From contig JAPXKQ010000022.1 of the NCBI GenBank assembly GCA_033809995.1, positions 12,638 to 36,637 of the forward strand: a DNA stretch of 24,000 nt. The letters are read 5' to 3'. Both the position numbers and the translations under genes were made by a program. Source of the stretch: Tissierellaceae bacterium. Lineage in GTDB: Bacteria; Bacillota; Clostridia; Tissierellales; Tissierellaceae. Positions 1-8,678 of the stretch are shown one piece after another. Positions within the stretch are counted from its first letter, which is position 1, and each line of letters opens with the position of its first letter. The notes under the pieces are model-generated. The model was not told where the DNA came from and ran no database searches. It was given only the letters and a program-made list of their open reading frames with translations.

Positions 1-199
1 TTTCTTCCGGACTATATACTGGCATATCAGTTTCGATAGTTCCCGGAGAATTTTTAGCTAATCTATAGGCTTCTTTTAATGAATTGACTCTAACTACGTT
101 GTTTCCATAAAAATTGGTTTCAATGGTAGAACGAATGGAGCTGAATATTTTATTGTTTTTTACTATCTCTTCTCTTGGAAAATTTTTAATTGTTGACAA
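1..199 (-). CDS. Hypothetical protein, 5' portion only (runs out of the window); not in the supplied ORF track
   Basis: Manual reverse-complement gives an open frame from TTG at 199-197 to position 1: (M)STIKNFPREEIVKNNKIFSSIRSTIETNFYGNNVVRVNSLKEAYRLAKNSPGTIETDMPVYSPEE, with no stop. GGAGGG Shine-Dalgarno (complement of 205-210) lies 5 nt upstream. No family recognised. Confidence 0.5.
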   Translation of the reverse strand, partial: MSTIKNFPREEIVKNNKIFSSIRSTIETNFYGNNVVRVNSLKEAYRLAKNSPGTIETDMPVYSPEE

Positions 200-229
200 A
201 ATATCCCTCCTTAAACACTTATTAACTTA

Positions 230-257
230 AGTATATCATGTTTAAATAAATTGACAA
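230..257 (-). promoter_or_regulatory. Candidate sigma-A type promoter for the CDS at 1-199
   Basis: Minus strand reads TTGTCA (252-257), a 16-nt spacer, then TATACT (230-235) preceded by TGA (extended -10-like). It sits just downstream of the heptad array. Confidence 0.3.
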
Positions 258-266
258 CAAAAGGAG

Positions 267-322
267 AATTGCAATTCACAATTCACAGTTCACAATTCAT
301 TAATTTTCAATTATCAATTGTC
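267..322. repeat. ~7-bp periodic array (AATTCAC/AGTTCAC family), copy 1; spans the MATE stop codon
   Basis: aattgca attcaca attcaca gttcaca attcatt aattttc aattatc aattgtc. The AATT/AGTT phase recurs at 273, 280, 287, 294, 302, 309 and 316. It is preceded by aaggagaatt (261-270), which resembles the aggagatt motif at the other loci. Confidence 0.8.
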
Positions 323-1691
323 CATTTTCAGCTGTACTGTTTATTTTGTTTTTCCAATTCCTTGTTTTAAACACCCAATAACCGTATAAACAGACTATCA
401 AATTGCTAAAGCTCATAGAAAACCATATCCCTTGAGAACCAAAATTGGTAAAATGTTTAAATATAAGAATCATAGGAAGTCTGACAAACCAAAGTCTACC
501 AATCTCCATTGCCATTGAATATTTCGTGTTCCCGGAACCTTGGAATATCCCTTGAAACACACTAAACATTCCCATTAAAGGCATAGAAAATGCAGTATAT
601 TTCATAAATGTTAAACTTTCCGTTATAACTTTCGGGTCATCTTTTGATTGTATAAAGAACGCAACTATTTCCTTATTAAAAATGAATAAAATTGCACACC
701 CTATTATCCCTATGGTTAATGATATAATAGATGATTTTTTAAATGATTCATCTACCCTATCTAATTGGTTTGCTCCAATATTTTGACCTACAACAGCTGT
801 CAATGAAGAGCCTACGCTCATAGCTGGTTGCATTACTAAGTTAGAAACTCTATTTACCATTCCAAAAGCAGCCATCGTTGCTGTACCATAGGATACGATA
901 AAACCATTTAAAAACATAAATCCAACAGACGCACCTATCTGACCTATAGATGCAGGAAGACCTACTCTTGCTAATTCCTTTATTATCTTATTATTAAATT
1001 TAAAACCTCTAAAATTAGGCTTTATTTTGTTATTATCACTAAAAATTAATTTCATTCCATATAGGGCACATAAAACTCTAGAAAGCACTGTAGCCCATGC
1101 AGCACCTGCTATTCCCATATTAAATGTAAAGATAAATATAGGATCTAAGATTACATTTAATATAGCTGCAATACCACTTAATATAGTAGGTGTAAGGGTA
1201 TTTCCTTGTGCATTCATAGTTGAGTTAATATTGAAAAATAAAAATAAGAAAGGTAAATCAAAAAATGTAATTCTTAAATAGATATTTGCTAATTCAGCAA
1301 ATTCCCCTTCCGCACCCATTGCTTTGATGATATAGGGACTGGTAAACACTCCCATTATAGTAAATATTACGCCTAAAATAATAGAAATAACAACCAATTG
1401 ATTGCTATATTCTTTTGCATCTTTTATTTTACCTGCTCCCACCAATTGAGATAAAAGGGATGTACCTGCAATAGATATTCCTAGCCCTATAGCTATAAAT
1501 AGGAAATTAATTGGCCATACAAAAGATGTGGCGGCAAAATGTACGGATGATATTTTACTAACCCAGATTCCATCTACTAAATTATATAATGTTTGTATTA
1601 TACTATTGATCATAATTGGGATGGAAAGACTTATAAGGGCTTTGTATATATCACCCTTTAATATTAGTTCTGTTTTATCTTGTTTATTCAT
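300..1691 (-). CDS. MATE family multidrug/toxin efflux transporter
   Basis: 463-aa polytopic membrane protein. The N-terminus (KALISLSIPIMINSIIQTLYNLVDGIWVSK) and two-lobe 12-TM-like layout are typical of MATE/NorM-DinF proteins. AAGGGTGA RBS lies upstream of ATG 1691. Confidence 0.85.
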   Translation of the reverse strand: MNKQDKTELILKGDIYKALISLSIPIMINSIIQTLYNLVDGIWVSKISSVHFAATSFVWPINFLFIAIGLGISIAGTSLLSQLVGAGKIKDAKEYSNQLVVISIILGVIFTIMGVFTSPYIIKAMGAEGEFAELANIYLRITFFDLPFLFLFFNINSTMNAQGNTLTPTILSGIAAILNVILDPIFIFTFNMGIAGAAWATVLSRVLCALYGMKLIFSDNNKIKPNFRGFKFNNKIIKELARVGLPASIGQIGASVGFMFLNGFIVSYGTATMAAFGMVNRVSNLVMQPAMSVGSSLTAVVGQNIGANQLDRVDESFKKSSIISLTIGIIGCAILFIFNKEIVAFFIQSKDDPKVITESLTFMKYTAFSMPLMGMFSVFQGIFQGSGNTKYSMAMEIGRLWFVRLPMILIFKHFTNFGSQGIWFSMSFSNLIVCLYGYWVFKTRNWKNKINSTAENGQLIIEN

Positions 1692-1715
1692 TTTTTCACC
1701 CTTATTTTATTATTA

Positions 1716-1757
1716 AATTCAATTCACAATGCACAGTTCACAATTCACAATTAAAAG
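1716..1757. repeat. Heptad array, copy 2 (24 nt upstream of the MATE start codon)
   Basis: aattc aattcac aatgcac agttcac aattcac aattaaa; phase at 1721, 1728, 1735, 1742 and 1749 (exact 7-bp spacing). Confidence 0.85.
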
Positions 1758-1824
1758 ATAAGACAAAATGATTAATTATGAATGAGTAGTACACAATGAA
1801 ATATTAAAGCCCTAATTTATTGCA

Positions 1825-1885
1825 TGTTCCAACGATAGCGAAATCTGAACTTATATGGGATTCTTCACTATCGTTCAGAATGACA
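1825..1885. repeat. Inverted pair of GC-rich units predicting a hairpin
   Basis: aacgatagcgaa (1831-1842) is complementary to ttcactatcgtt (1864-1875) at 11 of 12 positions; the mismatch is a U-G wobble in the minus-strand transcript. The forward unit is gggattcttcactatcgttcagaatgaca (1857-1885). Confidence 0.7.
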
Positions 1886-1901
1886 GCTACGCTGGACAAA
1901 A

Positions 1902-1957
1902 GAGGAGATTCCTCAAATCAATTCACAAATCACAGTTCACAATTCACAATTGAAAGA
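1902..1957. repeat. Truncated unit (gaggagattcctca) plus heptad array, copy 3
   Basis: Phase AATT/AAAT/AGTT at 1920, 1927, 1934, 1941 and 1948: aattcac aaatcac agttcac aattcac aattgaa. Confidence 0.85.
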
Positions 1958-2075
1958 GGAGATCCTTCGTTAGCAGTGATTATACTGTCCGTCTCAGGAT
2001 GACACTAGCAGTAATTTACTGTCTTTCACCATAATTCACTGCAATTAGCCATTCTGGACCTGCGAAGAATCTCCC
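1956..2075. repeat. Inverted pair of GC-rich units (long imperfect hairpin)
   Basis: Forward unit gaggagatccttcgttagcagtgattatactgtccgtctcaggatgaca (1956-2004, carrying an internal insertion). The inverted unit cattctggacctgcgaagaatctccc (2050-2075) reverse-complements to gggagattcttcgcaggtccagaatg. Confidence 0.7.
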
Positions 2076-2108
2076 ATCTTTTCCGTTATTCCCTATTCAC
2101 TTTTCACT

Positions 2109-2142
2109 AATTGTGAACTGTACATTGTGCATTGTGAATTGT
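2109..2142. repeat. Heptad array, copy 4 (inverted orientation), abutting the pyk stop codon
   Basis: aattgtg aactgta cattgtg cattgtg aattgt, preceded by cacttttcactaa (2098-2110). That motif recurs at 8790-8800. Confidence 0.85.
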
Positions 2143-3900
2143 CTATAGTACTCTTGCTTCTCCTTTGTATACCTGACCTGTTGAGCTATCTACTGTAACT
2201 ATATCTCCATCTTTAAGTAGTTTTGTAGCATTATAAGCACCTACTATAGTTGGTTTTTCTAAGTTTAATCCAACAATAGCCCCATGGGATGTTAGTCCTC
2301 CTTGCTCTATAATAAATGCAGAAGCTCTTTCCATAAATTTAACCATATCCCTATCAGTATATGAACTTACGATGATATCATTATCCTCAAATTTAGCCAA
2401 TAGTTCTTCTTCTGTATTAGCTATACATATTCTTCCTGTCCCTACTTTATTACCAATTCCTGTACCAGTTATCAAGACTTTGCCTATTGTATGAACTTTA
2501 ATTAGATTTGTAGAGCCTGACAACCCTACTGGGATACCTGCTGTAATCACAACCAAATCCCCTTCTTTAACATATCCATGATCCATAGCCGAAATAATAG
2601 AGAATTCTATAACTTCATCTGTTGTAGTACTCTCCGATGCTAAAACTGGATATACCCCCCATACTAAACTTAGCTTTCTTCTAACTGTATCTTTAGGAGT
2701 AGCAGCTATTATTGGAGCTTTAGGTTTAAATTTAGATATGGCCTTTGATGTATAGCCAGATGAAGTGGCTGTTATTATTGCCGCAGCTTCTAAATCCTGT
2801 GCAGTTGTACAAGTTGCCTTTCCAATAGCATTTGTTGTTGTAAGTTCATGCTGCATCGATTTAGCTCTTAATAGCTCTGGATAATTCAATGAATTCTCAG
2901 TAGTTACTGCAATATTATACATGGTTTTCACAGATTCCAAAGGATATTTACCTGCCGCTGTTTCACCTGACAACATAATAGCACTTGTTCCATCAAATAT
3001 TGCATTTGCTACGTCAGTTACCTCAGCTCTAGTTGGTCTAGGATTTCTAATCATAGAATCCAACATTTGGGTTGCGGTGATTACAGGTTTTCCAGCAATA
3101 TTACATTTCTTAATTAATTCTTTTTGCACTAGTGGAATTTCTTCTGTTTGAATTTCAACACCTAAATCTCCCCTAGCAACCATTATCCCATCTGAAACCG
3201 CAATTATTTCATCAATATTATCTACGCCTTCTTGATTTTCGATCTTAGAAATTATTTCAATGCTTTGCCCATTATTTTCTTCCAATATTCTTCTTATTTC
3301 AGTTACGTCGTCTGCTTTTCTTATAAAAGAAGCAGCTATAAAATCAATACCGTTTTCAATGCCGAATAGAATATCGTCAATATCTTTCTTTGTTACTGCT
3401 GGTAAATTAATTTTAACATTGGGTACGTTTACTCCCTTATGGTTTTTTAAAATTCCACCATTTAACGCTTCACATCTAATATCAGTACCATCAATTACTT
3501 CTAGTACATTTAATTCCACTAATCCATCATCTATTAATATTCTATCATTTGGACCAACATCATTAGGCAATCCCTCGTAAGATACATAGACGATTGATTT
3601 ATCTCCTAAAATATCCCTTGAGGTAAGTGTAAATATATCTCCCTGCTCTAATTCAATAATTCCATCTTTGAAATCCCCTAGTCTAATCTCAGGACCTTTA
3701 GTATCCAACATAATCCCTATAGGTAAATTCATTTCTTCTCTAACTTTTTTTATAGTGTCTATTCTTTTCTTATGCTCTTCATGGCTTCCATGGGAGAAAT
3801 TTAATCTACATACATTAAGTCCATTTTCAAATAACTGTCTTAGAACCTCTTCTGATTCGGAAGCTGGACCGATTGTACAAACTATTTTCGTTTTCTTCAT
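2143..3900 (-). CDS. pyk: Pyruvate kinase with C-terminal PEP-utiliser (swivelling) domain
   Basis: 585 aa. MKKTKIVCTIGPAS...NFSHG...MVARGDLGVE are canonical PK motifs. The ~110-aa C-terminal extension carries the GGLTSHGAIVG motif seen in Bacillus/Geobacillus-type Pyk. AGGAGGA RBS is present. Confidence 0.95.
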   Translation of the reverse strand: MKKTKIVCTIGPASESEEVLRQLFENGLNVCRLNFSHGSHEEHKKRIDTIKKVREEMNLPIGIMLDTKGPEIRLGDFKDGIIELEQGDIFTLTSRDILGDKSIVYVSYEGLPNDVGPNDRILIDDGLVELNVLEVIDGTDIRCEALNGGILKNHKGVNVPNVKINLPAVTKKDIDDILFGIENGIDFIAASFIRKADDVTEIRRILEENNGQSIEIISKIENQEGVDNIDEIIAVSDGIMVARGDLGVEIQTEEIPLVQKELIKKCNIAGKPVITATQMLDSMIRNPRPTRAEVTDVANAIFDGTSAIMLSGETAAGKYPLESVKTMYNIAVTTENSLNYPELLRAKSMQHELTTTNAIGKATCTTAQDLEAAAIITATSSGYTSKAISKFKPKAPIIAATPKDTVRRKLSLVWGVYPVLASESTTTDEVIEFSIISAMDHGYVKEGDLVVITAGIPVGLSGSTNLIKVHTIGKVLITGTGIGNKVGTGRICIANTEEELLAKFEDNDIIVSSYTDRDMVKFMERASAFIIEQGGLTSHGAIVGLNLEKPTIVGAYNATKLLKDGDIVTVDSSTGQVYKGEARVL

Positions 3901-3912
3901 ATATTCATCCTC

Positions 3913-4872
3913 CTAAATAGATAACACTTTTGCTGTGTTATATCTATTAATGTCAAATTGCTTTTTTACTGCCAATGCTTCACTTATATCCATGTCAAAA
4001 ATATCATTGCATTTTATTCCTAATGCCCTACCTGTTTTATTTTCTAATAAGAGTTCAACAGCAATTTTTCCCATTTCACTAGCAAGAATTCTGTCAAATG
4101 GCACAGGTGTACCTCCTCTTTGGATATGTCCTAAAACTGTTACCCTGGTTTCTATTCCAGTTTTATCATATATTTGTTTTGCCACATCATAAGCATTGCC
4201 TACACCTTCAGCCAATACTATGATATTGTGTAGTTTCCCTCTATTTTTACCTTGCAATGCTTTTTTACATATCTCATCTATATCAAATGGTACTTCCGGG
4301 ATTAATATACTTTCTACTCCTCCAGCTAACCCAGAGTACAATGCAATATCACCACAATGTCTACCCATTACTTCAACAATATTTGACCTTCCATGGGAAT
4401 ATGATGTATCTCTAATTTTACTTATAGCATCAACAACTGTTTCAACTGCAGTATAAAATCCTATAGAATAATCAGTATAACCCAAATCATTGTCTATAGT
4501 ACAAGGAATTCCAATAGTTGGTATACCTTTATCTGCTAATACCTTTGCACCTCTAAGGGTTCCATCACCACCCAATACGATAAGACCATCAATATTAAAA
4601 ACATCTAAAACATTTAAGGCTTTTTGCTGACCTTCTTCTGTTTTAAACTCATCACAGCGTGCAGTTTTTAATACTGTTCCACCTCTTTGTATAATATCAG
4701 AAACTGATGAAATATCCATATCATCAATATCACCAGTAATTAGACCATTAAATCCTTGTCTAATACCCATCATCCTTATATTGTTAAAAACGCCTGTCCT
4801 TATTACTCCTCTAATAGCAGCATTCATTCCTGGGGCGTCTCCACCACTTGTCAATACACCAATAGTTTTCAT
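3913..4872 (-). CDS. pfkA: ATP-dependent 6-phosphofructokinase
   Basis: 319 aa. [28 protein letters not shown] and PCTIDND(L) motifs. Located 12 nt upstream of pyk, the classic pfkA-pyk pair. Confidence 0.95.
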   Translation of the reverse strand: MKTIGVLTSGGDAPGMNAAIRGVIRTGVFNNIRMMGIRQGFNGLITGDIDDMDISSVSDIIQRGGTVLKTARCDEFKTEEGQQKALNVLDVFNIDGLIVLGGDGTLRGAKVLADKGIPTIGIPCTIDNDLGYTDYSIGFYTAVETVVDAISKIRDTSYSHGRSNIVEVMGRHCGDIALYSGLAGGVESILIPEVPFDIDEICKKALQGKNRGKLHNIIVLAEGVGNAYDVAKQIYDKTGIETRVTVLGHIQRGGTPVPFDRILASEMGKIAVELLLENKTGRALGIKCNDIFDMDISEALAVKKQFDINRYNTAKVLSI

Positions 4873-4885
4873 AATTTCCCCCTTA

Positions 4886-5080
4886 TCATATTATCCCTAA
4901 TTCAATTAATGTAGTTTGGACATCAGATGCCTCAAAATTAGGTGCTAGAATCTCATAAAGTTCTTCTCCATCTCCAAGTGAAATAAGCTTTTTCTTTACA
5001 AGGAATCCTTCAGCAATTAATTTATTCTCAATCTCAATTGCCCAATCCTCTCCTGAAGCTACATAAACAGTCGTCCACAT
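4886..5080 (-). CDS. Small hypothetical protein (64 aa) between dnaE and pfkA
   Basis: Open frame with a GGGGGA RBS (gggggataaacaATG), 13 nt upstream of pfkA. No family recognised. Confidence 0.5.
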   Translation of the reverse strand: MWTTVYVASGEDWAIEIENKLIAEGFLVKKKLISLGDGEELYEILAPNFEASDVQTTLIELGII

Positions 5081-5109
5081 TGTTTATCCCCCTTGAAATA
5101 TCTATCAAT

Positions 5110-5118
5110 ATTATATCA
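5110..5118 (-). promoter_or_regulatory. Candidate extended -10 (TGATATAAT) upstream of the 64-aa ORF-pfkA-pyk unit
   Basis: Minus strand reads catatGAtATAAT: TGATATAAT is the complement of 5110-5118. No convincing -35. Confidence 0.3.
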
Positions 5119-5144
5119 TATGGTATAAATATTTTTAAGTTTTT

Positions 5145-8100
5145 TCAACAAGTTTTGACATTATCGTTTCCAATTAAAACTTTTAACTCATTGATAACTT
5201 TATCGTCCAATTTAATCCAAAGAGATCTATCTGCTATTACAGTTTTATTTTGTTTCTCCAAAAATAAATACACTGGTGTGTCCCCTGAATATTTTCCTAA
5301 GACTTTTTTAATATCATTTAAGATATCTATTCTACTGTTCATTGCAATTTTTATATAAATTTTATCCAATTTATACTTATTTAGTGGGGATATTTTTTCA
5401 CAAATAATCTTAGGTTCTTCTACCTCTGAAACTGACAATCTACCCTCAACAACAACTACTTCATCTTCTATAATTAGCTTGTTGTATCTGTCATAAGTGG
5501 TAGGAAATACAATACATTCGATAGAACCATATAGATCTTCTAAAGTAATAAATGCCATCATATTATTATTTTTAGTAATTTTATTTTTCTTCTCAACAAT
5601 TATCCCACCAATTGTGACCTTTTGTCCATCCCTTATTAAATTAGTTTCTAATGATATCTCATCTAAGTTATCTGCTAAATCTGATGTTGTTATTGTTGAT
5701 ACTATTTTTAATTCTTTCTCATATGGCTCCAAAGGATGTCCTGATACATAGATACCAAGCATTTCTTTTTCCATATCAAGAAGGATTTTTTGTGGAAACT
5801 CCTTTAAATCAGGTAAATTATCCATATGATATGTTTCCTGGGCATCGTCAAATAATGAAAACTGCCCTTCTATATTTCTCTTCATATCAGCATTTATTCC
5901 ATCTATTGTTCGTTCAAAAATGGATAATAGCTGAGCCCTATTTGCTCCCAATGAGTCCATAGCACCACATTTTATCAAGCTCTCTATAGCTCTTTTGTTT
6001 ATAACTGTAGAATCAATCTTAACTATTCTCTCAACGAAATCTGTGAAACTTTTAAAAGGGCCGTCGTTCCTTGCATTTACGATTACCTTAATAAACCCCT
6101 CTCCAACATTCTTGACCGCACTAAGACCAAATTGTATCTTATTGTCTGTTACAGTAAATTTGCCATAGGATTCATTTATGTCTGGGGGCAATACCTCTAT
6201 ACCTAATCTTTTACATTCTTGAATATATAAAGAGACAGATGTAGTACTATTCATAATAGATGATATTAAAGCTGCCATAAATTCTACAGGATAATAGTAT
6301 TTTAGCCATCCTGTTCTATATGCTACCACTGCATAAGCAGCGGAATGAGACTTGTTGAAAGCATAGTTTGCAAAATCAATCATCAAATCAAATATCTTTG
6401 AAGCTGACTTTTCGTCAACACCATTTCTAATTGCTCCTGTTAATATTACATTACCTTCTTCGTCTTCCTGACCATAAATAAAATTCTGTCTTTCTTGTTC
6501 CATTACATCCATTTTCTTTTTGCCCATTGCCCTACGAACTAAATCTGCCCTACCCATGGAATATCCGCCAATATCCCTAACTATTTGCATTACCTGTTCT
6601 TGATAGACTATACATCCATAGGTGACGTTGAGTATAGGTTCTAATTTCGGGTGAAGATATTTTATTTTGCTAGGATCATGCTTACACTCCACAAAGGTAG
6701 GTATCTGATTCATAGGTCCAGGTCTAAATAGTGAATTTGCAGCAATTAAGTTCTCAAATACATTAGGTTTCAACTCTTTTAAGAAAGCTCGCATTCCCGG
6801 ACTTTCAAATTGAAATATCCCTAATGTTTCAGCTTTTGCAAACATCTCTAGTACCTTTGGATCATCGTAACTCATATTATTAAAATCAATCTTAATTCCA
6901 TGATTTATCTCTATCAAATTAACTGCATCTCTAATTACAGTCAATGTCCTTAAGCCTAGAAAATCCATCTTAAGTAGCCCTAATTCTTCTAATTCTATCA
7001 TATTGTACTGTGTAGCAATAATATCGTTATTTCTTAGAAGTGGTGTGTAATTGGTTAATGGGTCCTTTGAAATAACAACACCTGCAGCATGAGTTGAAGT
7101 ATGTCTAGGCAATCCTTCTACTGCTATTGCTAAGTCGATTAAGTGCTTTACCTCTTCATTATTATCATATTCATCCTTTAGTATTTTGCTTATTTCCAAA
7201 GCCTTACTTATATTTATTCCCATTTCATTTGGAATTTGTTTTGCTATATAATCAACTTGCCCATAGGGCATATTAATAGCTCTACCAACATCTCTAATAG
7301 CTCCCCTTGCTGCCATAGTTCCAAAGGTAGCAATTTGGGCAACCCTATCAAGACCATATTTTTCAACAACATAATGGATAACTTCTTCTCTTCTTTCATA
7401 ACAGAAGTCTATATCAATATCTGGCATTGTTATTCTTTCAGGATTTAAAAATCTTTCAAATAATAAGCCATATTCTAATGGGTCTATATCTATAATTCCA
7501 AGGCCATATGATATTATACTACCTGCAGCGGAACCTCTTCCAGGTCCCACCATAATATCATTATCCTTAGCGAATTTTATAAAATCCCAAACAATTAGGA
7601 AGTAATCAGTATATCCCATATTTACGATTGTATTAAATTCGAATTCAAATCTATCCTTTATTTCCTTGGTAATTTTTCCATATCGTTTCTCTATACCATT
7701 TAAGCTTAAAAGCTTAAGATATTCTACATTTGTATACCCATCTGGCACCTTATATTCAGGTAAGTGTAATGTATCAAAATCCAATTCCACATTGCATCTA
7801 TTCCCTATCCAGACGGTATTTTCTAGGGCTTTACTTTGATTTTTGAATAAGCTTTCCATTTCCTCTGGAGATTTTAAATAAAACTCGTCATTTGGGAATT
7901 TCATCCTATCATTTTCATCTATTGTTTTACCTGTTTGGATACATAGTAAAACATCATGTACTATGGAATCTTCTTTTTTTAAATAGTGGACATCATTAGT
8001 TGCTATAAGAGGTATGTCCAATTTATTGCTAATATCTATTAAAACATTATTTACATTAATCTGTTCTTGTAATCCATGATTTTGTAATTCTAAGAAGAAA

Positions 8101-8612
8101 TTATCCCTTCCAAAAATATCCTTGTATATGGATGCTACTTCTATGGCCTTTGGGATATTATTATTTAATATATGTTGCTGAACCTCTCCACCTAAACAAG
8201 CAGATAAACAGATGATACCCTCACTATATTTTCTCAAGATATCATGGTCTACCCTAGGTTTATAGTAAAAGCCATTTACATAACCTTCTGAAACTATTTT
8301 CATAAGATTTTGATAACCTATATTGTTTTCAGCCAATAAAACAAGATGGTATTGGTTTTTGTCCTTTTGCTCTTTTTCTGTATATTTATTTATTGCAACA
8401 TACACTTCTGAACCTATTATTGGCTTAACACCCTGTTTTTTTGCTTCTTTATAAAACCCTACAACTCCAAACATAGAACCATGATCTGTTATAGCCACTG
8501 CCTCCATGCCCAATTCTTTCGTCCTTTTGACTAAATCCTTTATCCTTATGGAACCATCCAAAAGACTATATTCAGTATGCACATGTAGATGAACAAATTT
8601 TTCTATAGTCAT
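5145..8612 (-). CDS. dnaE: DNA polymerase III alpha subunit (DnaE type)
   Basis: 1155 aa. N-terminal PHP domain (HLHVHTEYSLLDG), polymerase core (FLGLRTLT, FNKSHSAAYA) and an OB-fold C-terminus. Confidence 0.95.
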   Translation of the reverse strand: MTIEKFVHLHVHTEYSLLDGSIRIKDLVKRTKELGMEAVAITDHGSMFGVVGFYKEAKKQGVKPIIGSEVYVAINKYTEKEQKDKNQYHLVLLAENNIGYQNLMKIVSEGYVNGFYYKPRVDHDILRKYSEGIICLSACLGGEVQQHILNNNIPKAIEVASIYKDIFGRDNFFLELQNHGLQEQINVNNVLIDISNKLDIPLIATNDVHYLKKEDSIVHDVLLCIQTGKTIDENDRMKFPNDEFYLKSPEEMESLFKNQSKALENTVWIGNRCNVELDFDTLHLPEYKVPDGYTNVEYLKLLSLNGIEKRYGKITKEIKDRFEFEFNTIVNMGYTDYFLIVWDFIKFAKDNDIMVGPGRGSAAGSIISYGLGIIDIDPLEYGLLFERFLNPERITMPDIDIDFCYERREEVIHYVVEKYGLDRVAQIATFGTMAARGAIRDVGRAINMPYGQVDYIAKQIPNEMGINISKALEISKILKDEYDNNEEVKHLIDLAIAVEGLPRHTSTHAAGVVISKDPLTNYTPLLRNNDIIATQYNMIELEELGLLKMDFLGLRTLTVIRDAVNLIEINHGIKIDFNNMSYDDPKVLEMFAKAETLGIFQFESPGMRAFLKELKPNVFENLIAANSLFRPGPMNQIPTFVECKHDPSKIKYLHPKLEPILNVTYGCIVYQEQVMQIVRDIGGYSMGRADLVRRAMGKKKMDVMEQERQNFIYGQEDEEGNVILTGAIRNGVDEKSASKIFDLMIDFANYAFNKSHSAAYAVVAYRTGWLKYYYPVEFMAALISSIMNSTTSVSLYIQECKRLGIEVLPPDINESYGKFTVTDNKIQFGLSAVKNVGEGFIKVIVNARNDGPFKSFTDFVERIVKIDSTVINKRAIESLIKCGAMDSLGANRAQLLSIFERTIDGINADMKRNIEGQFSLFDDAQETYHMDNLPDLKEFPQKILLDMEKEMLGIYVSGHPLEPYEKELKIVSTITTSDLADNLDEISLETNLIRDGQKVTIGGIIVEKKNKITKNNNMMAFITLEDLYGSIECIVFPTTYDRYNKLIIEDEVVVVEGRLSVSEVEEPKIICEKISPLNKYKLDKIYIKIAMNSRIDILNDIKKVLGKYSGDTPVYLFLEKQNKTVIADRSLWIKLDDKVINELKVLIGNDNVKTC

Positions 8613-8648
8613 TGCACTTTCCCCTTTTATATTTGTTTCGTTATTTTT

Positions 8649-8678
8649 ATTCTATCATATAATTGATTGAATTCACAA
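8649..8678 (-). promoter_or_regulatory. Candidate dnaE promoter whose -35 is supplied by a heptad unit
   Basis: Minus strand: TTGTGA (complement of 8673-8678), an 18-nt spacer, then TGaTAGAAT (extended -10; TAGAAT is the complement of 8649-8654). It lies ~37 nt upstream of ATG 8612. Confidence 0.35.

Larger units (their letters stand above)
1715..2142. mobile_element. Composite MITE-like/REP-like intergenic repeat element bounded by inverted heptad arrays
   Basis: Left end 1720-1752 is caattcacaatgcacagttcacaattcacaatt. The reverse complement of the right end 2109-2142 is acaattcacaatgcacaatgtacagttcacaatt, and the first 16 nt (caattcacaatgcaca) are identical. The interior holds a third heptad array and four or five GC-rich units. 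It fills the whole MATE-pyk intergenic space. No coding capacity was recognised. Confidence 0.55.

Noticed and set aside
1820-2002. 60-aa plus-strand ORF in the MATE-pyk spacer
   Set aside because: It reads straight through the heptad array and the GC-rich repeat units (giving QFTNHSSQFTI-type repeats), has no RBS, and is best explained as a by-product of the repeat element.
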